From: Klebsormidium nitens
Lineage: Eukaryota; Plantae; Klebsormidiophyceae
DNA length: 64,000 nucleotides
Reading direction: 5' to 3'
Assembly (NCBI GenBank): GCA_000708835.1
Contig: DF237191.1
Span: 1 to 64,000, forward strand
Position numbers and translations under genes: made by a program. Positions within the stretch are counted from its first letter, which is position 1; every line of letters starts with the position of its first letter. The notes under the pieces were generated by a model. That model did not search any database. It saw only the letters and a program-made list of their open reading frames with translations, and was not told where the DNA came from. Shown piece after piece: positions 23,501-32,404 of this stretch.

Positions 23501-26029
23501 ATCAGCGGAACGCCGACGAGTGCAGTATCAGGATTTGTGACCAACCCTGACGTTTCACAAACAGGTCCTTTGGTCCACCTCTCGGAAAGGGATGGTCGAA
23601 GTCACCTCTCTATGAACATCTTCGACTTCGCAGAGGGGAGGGGCGTCCCCCTTGCCCGCGCGTGTGAGGGGCGCCGTTCAGGGAGTATGATCACGACCCT
23701 GGTGCCGAAATCGGCTCTAGCAACTCGACCTTTTGAGACGTTCTAGAACTCGTTAACAATGAGGACCCTGCATTTACATCCCCTTCTCAAATGAAAGCGA
23801 AAAGGCCGTCGCTCAAACGGAGCGGTCTTCGGTCAGAGCGGAATAAACCCGACCCTTGTTTTGTCAAGCATGTGCAAACTTTGAAAGGACTCCCCAGATG
23901 GGCTGCGGCGGACAAAAGTAAGGTGGAGGGCAGAAGAGCGAGACGAAAAAGGAAGGGGGGGGGGGGGACGAAAGCTCCCCACCTCTGGCCAACTAAAGAC
24001 GCGAGGTGCGCCGTTCGGTATGCGCGTACTTGGCGAGCGGCGATCGCCAGCTGTTCGTCCGTCTCCGGGATGATTCCGCTGGTCACGTAGTCGACCTCGT
24101 CTTCGCCAGCGGAATCAGCGCTTTCGTCCGGAACATCAACGGGAGCCGTTTTGTCGACAGTGCCTTTGAGAGAAGATCACGAATGTGGGTTGCATTCCCA
24201 AACGAGATTGTTGGTGGGTCCGAGTGTTCGCTGTGATAAATCCAGGCCTTCTCCGCGGCAGCAAAAACCCTTACTGTCGATTAACGCTTGCTGACGAAAT
24301 CAACGGCAGTCTACCTTCGGAGGGACCGGGATGCGTTTGCCACATGGCGACTGAAGTCGCTGACGAGAACAACCGCGAAAAACTGTATTCCACATTCGGC
24401 ACTGAGTAGTCCAATGTTAGAGCTCTTTCCTTGGGACCTACTAAGCTAGTGCTGCACAGCGAATGCTAAGAATTATTTAACAAGAAGCAAACAAGACCTG
24501 ACGCTTCAGTGCCCTTGATAAATTCAGGTGAATCAATTGTTGATCAGCCGGCGACACGTGAAGTTCCTATGTGTCGGCTTCTCTACAAAAGCGCAATTTT
24601 GGTAGTAGTGTCGCCGCGTTTGTCGATCAGAGCAGCTTGAAAAGCTCAAGACGTTCTCAACCATCTCCAAACCGAACCAAGTCACTTTGTAAAGAAACAG
24701 GCTTTTTGCAGCAGCAAACTGTAGCACTACAAACCCAAGATAACGCTCTTGCTTTCTACTGTTAGAATCACCCACGTAAGAAACTTAAAGAGTCTTGGCC
24801 ACGAAAGGAGTGCTTGAGTCCAGTATTCTCACTCTGCTGCTTCTCCCCCCCAAGGGGAGTGCGCTGAGCCGTTCCACTGCGGGGCAGGTTTCGCAAATCT
24901 TTTGGGGTTAAGGCCCGAGTCATCCATTCCGGTGACCGGGGGGGGCGCCGCGCAAGGCTCAGTTGGGAGGCGGGGATGAAACCCAGGAGCGTTCCGAAGA
25001 GCACTTGGAGGCCGCCCGAGTTGTGGTTGACGACCAGGACCTGCGAGATTGGGGCGATGTCAGCGATTGGATTTCCTGCGGAATTGGGTCATATCAGCAG
25101 TTGAAAATTCAATAGGTAGGTGGAGTTTTTGGTGAAAGTCGTCGTGGTTGGACCATTGAAAGTTAAAAAGAAGCGCAAGGAACCCGCAATGAACATTACA
25201 AGCTTGTCAGAGAGCACTTGAAGGCCCCCCGAGTTGCGGTTGATGACCAGCACCTGCGAGTTGAATTACCCTTTCAAAAGGTAGTCTATCCCGAAGACAA
25301 GTGATAGTTGCGAAAGAAAGAACCGGCTTCAAGCCCGAAGCGTTCTGACGAGGCCTCCCGAGTTGTAATTAGCGACCAGGACCTGCGGGTTGCCAAGGGT
25401 TACCATTTTAGTACAGATCTTTAGTCTTTATTCTGAGGGTAGTAGTACTTGGAACCAAGTGAGGGGGACCCGCAATTACAACCAGTAGCGACCCGAACAC
25501 CACTTGAGGCCCTACGAGTTGTGGTTTACGACCAGAACCTGCGGGTTGGCCTATTCCACAGACTGCGAGGAAACTGGGATGGAAAATACAGGCGTGTCTG
25601 GAGTTCAAAAAAGTTCTTGGACCTGCTCTTCAGCATGCGCTAAGAAGCAAAAAGGAGGAAAAGAGGAGAAAATGGGATACAAGTCAAAATCAGGTCTCAT
25701 ACTTTTGATTGTCCCATACCCGACAATAGACAACGAATCTGCTTTTCGAAAACTTCTGGTGCGCAGGTGGCGCGGCAATGCAGGACAAATTACTGAGTGA
25801 CCGCGCTTGGGTTCAATGGCAATTGAGAAATGTCGTAGAATGCTTCGATGAGCTTGAGAGCCTCTCGAGTTGCCAGTATCGGCGTATATTTCCCTCTAGT
25901 CAAACCAGAAAGTTGCCCTGTTTTTCGCTTCAGCGTTGCGCACCTCAACAGACTCCTTGTTCGGACAGAGCGCCTCGGCCCGTGCCCACTCCTTTGCGGT
26001 GGCGTCTTCAACTTCGCTGTTGTCGACAT
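20574..26029 (-). CDS. S1-domain RNA-binding protein (ribosomal protein S1-related; C-terminus resembles the plant plastid S1-domain family), about 440 aa, 7 exons
   Basis: Exons (minus): 26029-25802 (weak donor), 25040-24833, 24163-23983, 23479-23371, 22452-22222, 21498-21313, 20753-20574 (TAA); total 1323 nt. S1 motifs: VVNHNSGGLQVLFGTLLGFIPASQL...LVGQRLTVKIIVADRAQKKLIFSER and IGDIVRGTVKAIMKYGAFIEVDGASCLIHKSEL...RVNCSLKRL. C-terminal PDPLTETLD...LLARVGVEVQEV. The N-terminus is Ser/Thr/Arg-rich, like a transit peptide. Confidence 0.88.
21600..21815 (-). repeat. Echo copies of the acceptor and start of S1-gene exon 6
   Basis: True exon: tgacgtcatctcctcttcccag|ccggaccccctgaccgagacgctggactcgctgg (21498). 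Copy: tgacgtcatttcctctccccag|ccggaccccccgactgagatgctggacggactcgctgg (21643). Weaker copy: tccag|tcgagaccctctgact (21809). Confidence 0.82.
22023..22116 (-). repeat. Echo of the 3' half and donor of S1-gene exon 5
   Basis: NQKVKAVVVEVDWALARVNCSLYAFA|gtgggc versus the true NQEVEAVVVGVDRAIGRVNCSLKRLQ|gtgagt; offset 197 nt. Confidence 0.88.
22545..23235 (-). repeat. Five-step ladder of acceptor plus 5' copies of S1-gene exon 5
   Basis: Copies start at 22614 (ARIKIGDVVRGTVTPILKFG), 22766 (AHITIGIVVCRTLEAIMKYGGF), 22917 (1-nt deletion), 23056 and 23228 (most degenerate). The true exon starts at 22452 (ARIKIGDIVRGTVKAIMKYGAF). Every copy is preceded by CAG. Confidence 0.88.
25170..25545 (-). repeat. 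Three-step ladder of acceptor plus 5' copies of S1-gene exon 2
   Basis: cgcag|GT copies at 25253 (VLVINRNSGGLQVL), 25382 (VLVANYNSGGL) and 25538 (VLVVNHNS*GL, frameshift). The true exon is at 25040 (VLVVNHNSGGLQVL). Confidence 0.9.
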
Positions 26030-26032
26030 CCC

Positions 26033-26041
26033 AAACCCTAA
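26033..26041 (+). promoter_or_regulatory. Telo-box-like motif AAACCCTAA immediately 5' of the S1-gene ATG
   Basis: Exact AAACCCTAA, 3 nt upstream of the minus-strand ATG at 26029. In plants, telo-boxes are enriched near translation-machinery genes. A single 9-mer could be chance. Confidence 0.35.
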
Positions 26042-26696
26042 CCCACCGCGGTTTCTTCACGAGGCTTGGGTCTGCGGCGGAGGGAACCGAAGGCCCTGCA
26101 AGCCAAAAACTCGCAGGACAATCGCTTTCAAAAGCGGGTTTATGAACGGTTTCAAAATTGCAGTCGACACATTTACTCTATGATTCGCTCCTTCGCACGA
26201 TGGGTGAGTGGGCAAGCACAGACCTTCAACAGAATGTTAACCTCATGTTACCATAAGCGAAACTGACGCTGACGACGGAGTATGAGTCCAGAAGCGATTC
26301 TCAAGGGCCAAACCGATTGGACCAAGCAGTCAAATGCTTGCCATCATCCAGCTCACAATGCCCAGCCCCAGAAAGTCAGAAGCTCCCTGGCCAATCAAAA
26401 ATACCGGTTTGTCGCTCTCACACAACGGTGCTGCCGGAGGGACTCGAAACCCCCTTGGTTTTTCTTCTCTTCTCTAGTGCCAATTGAGAACAAAAATTCC
26501 GAGGACAAGCGAACGAAGGAGTTGGCAGACTCTTAGAACTCTCTTTGCAGACTGACCTCGTTATTAACAACTCTTTTCCGCGAAAGGCGTCAACCAACTC
26601 AGTTTGGACCATGGAAAAGTTGGAACTTTGAACAACCTTGTAACAACATCTCACTACTAGACAGCGAGGGAAAAAAAGGGCCAGAATCTCCGCCCA

Positions 26697-29600
26697 CTAG
26701 GCTCGTCCGCGGCCTTTGCAAAGGCAGAGTCAATGAAAACATGATAAGCAGACTGAAAGAGTCACCTCTGGTCGGAACCGCTGGCTTGAGCGGCTTCGCG
26801 TCTCGGATGAAGGGGGCGCGCTGGTCCTTCAGCGTCGGGGGCCTCGTCACTCGAGCAAGCTCCTCTGACGACGGGGCGCTCGCAGTGGGCTTCTCACTGC
26901 GATCACGACAACAGGGCCTCATTCACAAAGGAAATGGCGACGCGCAGATTCTGAAAGCGCACGCGAAGGATTGTAACACCCCCCGGCGTTTTGGCGATGT
27001 AGTTTCCGCACAGAAAAACAATGCAAAGACGGTCTGACACACAGCATTGACCGACCGATGGCTCATATCCGTCTGTCTTTGTAGCAGGTCAAATTGGCAT
27101 CGGCATTTACACTGCTGCTTCGGAACATTAAAATCGTGAACTTTCATTACGTGGGTACATCTTCCCACCCAGGAATGGAAATGGGAGGGCTTTCAAATAT
27201 GTTCAACGCCAAAAAAGTCAGCGACATCAGTTTGGTAGCCAAGCCTAACCGCTTCGCTTATATTCGAGGTGTCGCTACGTTGTTTTCTTAGCCTGCACAA
27301 ATCAAAGCCGGCTCAACCGAGCCTTTCGTGCTCCAACTGAACCAACTGCATATCCCAGAAATGCACAAAGCACGAGGTGCGCTTTTGCAGACCCGACAAG
27401 AGACCAGAACAACACAGCCCAGAAAGGTCTTCGAGGGGTCCAGCACACACGAGCAGGCGCATAAGGTAGTCATCTGAAAGCAAACAACCCACAGACTGCC
27501 ACAACAGCTTTGAAACTGACCCACAAAAGAGCGGCACTACCCCCTCACCTTTTAACCCCGTCCTCTTCCTTCAGCAGCTCTTCGAACGTGCCGTAGTCCG
27601 GCGCCCGCCGTTTCCGGGCCATCTCCCGCTCCGCCTCCGCTTTGGCCACTGCGGACTGGACCTCCTCCGACCACTCACTCGCGTCCGACGCTGTCCGAAC
27701 CGCTTCCGGAGGCGTCCGAACGGAACCCATGGGCGTCCCAACGGAATCCTCAGGCGTCCGATCGGAACCTGTGGGCGTCCGAACGGAGTCTACGGACGTC
27801 CGAACGCTGTCCGACCGTTTCTCGTTTCTCAACACACTCTCCAGGGTCGCCAGCGACGGGGTCCCCTGCTCAGCGGGCCCTCGGACACTGCTGCTTCGGA
27901 CAGTCGGCGCCTCCCGTCCAAATTGCTTCTTCTCCCCCTCGGTGGTCCCCCGCAGCAACTCAAAGATCTGGCTGCTGAGACGCTCCCGGTCCCAGGCTGC
28001 CGGCTCAGCGGACTCTTCGGACGACTCGGCAGACGGTGAAGCGTCCGAAAGCGTGTCCGGAGTGCCGGACGACTCTAATTCTTCCAGATCATCATCGCTT
28101 GGACTGATCATCCCGTTCTCAGACTCGTTGACTCTACTTCCCTCTTCCGCAGCTTCATCTACTTTTGACCTCGACGCAGTTTCCTCCCTGAATAATTCCG
28201 TATCTTCTTCGTCGTTGTCAGATTCGTCGTCTCCAAGCATGGCGGCAAACGTCGCGTACGCATCGTCTTCACGGAACTCGGTAGTAGCCGCTCGCGGGGG
28301 GGGCAATCGGACTTCAAACTCGGGCTTCGCTTCCCCCTCGGGTTGCTCGTCATCTGAGTCGCTCTCGTAGGCGCTCAGATCAATGTCCTGCCAGCACAAA
28401 GTTGTCAGCCGTCTTGAAACTGTCATGAGAACTGCACTGGACAATACCCAAGTGCGCTCTGTCATTCGACGAGTAGCTGTCAACTGACCAAAACCTTGGA
28501 CCGTCAAACGACTAGACGTCAACAGGTCGAACATTACAGATTCAACCAGCAAGAAAGAGATTAGCCCCTGCTGCTGCCGACCTCAAGTGCTCGTTTGATT
28601 TGAATTGAGGACAAAGTGGATTCTAAGCGCCATTTTTAAGAGGAAGCTGCCCTTTAACCCCTCTGAAAATACTCTAAACGTTTGGAATCAAAGAGCCACA
28701 CCTTGACCAGCCAAAGTCATCAAGCCCTCTTTTCACTTCCCCCACCCTTGCCTGCTTTTGTAAGGAAACATCCCAAGGGTCGTTCAAAACCCCTTCCCCC
28801 ACAACCAGAATAAAGGTCACCCAAATGTACCCTACGGAGTCGTGTATAAAAGTGCTCACCTCAGGATCGTCCTCCCAGTTCGGCAACTCGTCATCCCCCA
28901 ACTCAGTCCCCAAGTCGACACCGTCATTCTCTTCGACAGACCGCTCCTCAGCGCTCAAGTCCTCCACTACAAGCGCGCCAGACTCCTGCGATTCTACCAC
29001 CGCCGGCGCTTCTGTGCTGACATCATCCCCTGCCGACCGGCTTGCTTCCGCCCTCGCCCCTGCTGCGTCACTCGTTGCCGAATCCACCGCCCTTGCGGTC
29101 TTTTCGTTCTTCTCCAGACCGCCGACAGCCGGTGTTGCCATGCGGACATCACCCTCATGCACTTTGGCAGCTTCATCTGCCCTCTCCGCCCGTCCCTTTC
29201 TCCGCCCCCTCTCGTTCTCTTCGCTCTGCTGACTCCGTCCCAGTTCCACCGCGAGCCCATCTAACTGCCGCAGCGTGTAGTCCGCGTCGATGCACACCCG
29301 CTCGTAGTCCTCCTTCCACTTCGGAAACGCCGCCGTGATCTGCGCCCGCTCTTTCTTCCCCTTTACTTTCTTCTTCCCCTCCACGACCGGAACAATGAGC
29401 GCCCCCTGCGCCTCCGCCAAAGCCTTCCTCTCGACCACTGCGATGGCTCTTTTCAAAACTTCCGCCTGCGCTGACGTCAGCGCCGACGTCATTGCTTCCC
29501 GGAGCTCGGCCGCCTGCTGTGCAACGTCGGCGCCGCTGCCCGCATCCGCCACCCCACGGCTCGTCAGAAACCGCTTTGCATTGGCAAATATCCCCCCGGA

Positions 29601-31743
29601 AAGATCAGCAGGAGCGGACCTTGGAGCGGCTACCGGACGGAAGTCGCTTTCCTTTCTTGCACCCATGGCGGTTTTCTTTTTCAGTAGCCCGGATTCGCGG
29701 ACGTCCGAAGGGAGCTGGAACCCAGGCACCCTCTGCGCCACTTTCTTGGGCTTCTCCTTTTCGTTTTCGGAAGACGAACTTCCCGCTACCTTTCGTACCT
29801 TCAATGCTTTTAACCTGACGGGGATGCTTTCTGCAGGCTCCACTGAAACTGACCCATCGTCTTCGCCCAGGGTGTAAACCCGCGGTCCGCTGATGTCAGC
29901 ACCCAGCTCCGCTACACCCGTTCTTGGTTGACTCGCAGAAACCTCCTCAATCTTACTTTCTAAGACGGGCAGTTTCGGAACCGCCTGGATGGTGGGGTCG
30001 GCGATCTTGGTGGTGCCGCTAACCAGCTCCTGATAACTCGGAACCCGCTTTGTTGGCTTCTTCGGCTCAGGCTTCTTCTCCTCCACCAAGTCCGCCCCTG
30101 TGGAGTACCCCCCCTTGGGCTCCCGATGCGACTTTGTCCGGACTGGGAAACTGCTCGCAGACGCGATCGAGACGTCTGAGCCCTCCTCTGAGAGTGTGTA
30201 CTCCTTTCCCCTACCTGGCACGAAGCTCTCCAAGGTTAGATCTTGGTTCGCTTTTGGGTTAGCGGAACCCAGGCCCCCAGCCTGGAGTGCAGCAAGCCCT
30301 GACGCACTTTCACTTTCCGTCTCCGCCTGGCTAGGCGTATCGTATGCTACAGCTGGCACTTCTACAGGCGCCTCAAGATTCACGTCCGGTTTCTTTGCTG
30401 CCGCCCCCCGCTTGGGCATTTTATGCCCCTTCAAACGCACCGGAAAGTCGCCCTGGGGGGTAACTTGCACTGCCCCGCTGTCCCCCAGCTTATACTCTGT
30501 CGCCCCCCCCAAAGGGGTAACAGGAGTCGGTACCCCAATCTTCACAATCGGTTCATCGTAAGTAGAAAAATCAACACTGTATGCCCCTTTCTTTATAACG
30601 GGTCTCGGTGTAGGCACTTTCAGCCCGGAAAGACCGGCTATCTTTGCTCCTGCTCTGGAGATAACCCGGGGCTTGACCGGTTCGACTGGCCGGGGGGTGT
30701 TAGGGGAGGGGGTAGCAGGGCGAGGGTTTCTGGAGGGCGGTAGCAAACCATCATTTTGGTCCTGGTAATCGAGAAGGGCGGAAAACTCTGCGTAGGGGTC
30801 CGGCCCCTTTGGCGTGGAAGGTGGGGCTGGCGCACTTGGAGGCTGCAGCAAGTATGGAAGAGTGTTTCTCTGATCAAGGAGTGTTCTGATTGTGCAGCTG
30901 TCGTTTTTCGAGGGTTCATGAAAATCTCAGAGGGATGGACCTTTCAGTAGTACAGCTCAACTTACGAACCCTTAATTGTTTGGCATGATGTCACATGGTG
31001 GTTAAAAGTGGTTTCCACAAGTAAACTGTTTGGTTGCAAAGCTAGCCAGCAATCCCTACTAAGGCCATGCTTGCTTCTGACGACAATGTACAACAAAAGC
31101 ACCGTGTGCATTTGGGGAACTTTCCAACAACCTGGGAGCTCCAACAACTTTTACACATTATGAAGTGAGGCTCTTTTCGAACATAGACACACTCATTTAA
31201 ATTCAAATAAGTTGACACCATTACCAAGGCCAATGACGCAAAAGCACATATGCACACTTGTTGGGAATCTTGTGTAAGAGCAGTGTCTGCATAGGCAGTT
31301 ATTGAAGTCTCTAGCTTGTAGTGATAGCAGAGAAGGCATGACGTTAGGCTGAATGTTGCACGCACCTTCTTCTGCTGGCTCTGCATCTGCTTAACCAGGC
31401 TTTGGAACCCCTCCTCCTCATCCTCCATTTCCCGCATGCTCCTGGACTTCCTGGCAGCCACAGAAACATCTCTCCTGGGCAACTTTCCATGCTCGGCATT
31501 CTCTTTACGAGAAAAGGAAGGGCCACGACCAAAAGTAAACGCACAGGCTGAGGTGCTTGATTGTTCTGTCTGGCATCTAATCCCAAGCCGCCTGCCATTC
31601 TGGACGACTTTCGAAACGTGCACCCTTGAGGAGCCCCAGAAGAGCGAGGGCTTCTGCAGGGGAGCAGACTTTGTTTCAAAAAGTGCACATGGGCTTGTGC
31701 AGCCAAAGCGAGAGCCTGTCGTTCTCGCCAATGCTGGCGCCAT
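26697..31743 (-). CDS. Large low-complexity protein of unknown function with a predicted plastid transit peptide, about 1,115 aa
   Basis: Exons (minus): 31743-31366, 30842-28860, 28387-27549, 26896-26766, 26713-26697 (last exon tentative, 52-nt intron); total 3348 nt. Long open frames with GT-AG boundaries. The N-terminus is Ser/Thr/Arg-rich with GIRCQ, resembling a cleavage site. No catalytic domain recognised. Confidence 0.75.
27690..27815 (-). repeat. Coding 21-bp tandem repeat, 6 copies (xDSVRTP-like heptad)
   Basis: Plus-strand gtccgaac-like core at 27693, 27714, 27735, 27756, 27777, 27798. Protein: SDSVRTS-VDSVRTP-TGSDRTP-EDSVGTP-MGSVRTP-PEAVRTA. Confidence 0.88.
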
Positions 31744-32404
31744 GCTGCATCAATGTGGCCGACTCGTCACACGGCTTCAAGGCAGCCGAAACATATGCCC
31801 TGCTTCTAAATTGCAGGCCCCCGTCTGTCCTTGCCACTGGAGTACGAATTTCAGAGACCGCCGCCTTCCTCCTTGAGAGAAGCCCAGGAAGGACGTGGAC
31901 CAGCTAGCTCAGGTCGGCATGAGCACATGTGGACCGGATAGGCCAGTAGGTTCTGGTGTGAATACTACCTCTGTGGCCCTGGGACTCCGCCTGGAGAAGC
32001 GGCCAAAAACAGGTGTGGAAGTTTCGGCTGATGACCCCGTGCAAGGTGTGACGTTGCAGGCTACGGCTGACAGCGCCGTCAGGCAGGGGCTCAGAAATTG
32101 GTATTCACACTCTCGCCGTGGATCTTTTTCTCTGGACAGGTGAATTTCGAACTCAAACGACATTGATATGTAATGGAGGAAGAGCTGCACATTGAAGGCA
32201 ACCTGTTGAAAGTGGTGAAAATCTTACATTCAAGGAAATTCTAGGGCGCTGTGTTGACTCGTGTTATACAGGTCTTGATTTGACAGTTGAGGTTGGTGTG
32301 AGGATTCAGGGTGGCTATTGCTGCGGAGCGAAGAACTTCCAGTATCAAGCTGTGTTTCCCCTTCCAAAAAACTCTGCCAATCGACTCCAGCTGTCAGCCG
32401 CACA

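Noticed and set aside
23520-23710. Possible echoes of S1-gene exon 4 (RVVIILPER..., KSKMFIER)
   Set aside because: The resemblance is at the protein level only and fragmentary; no convincing DNA alignment.
23955-23967. G13 homopolymer as a functional G-quadruplex or regulatory element
   Set aside because: It is a single intronic run with uncertain length and no supporting evidence.
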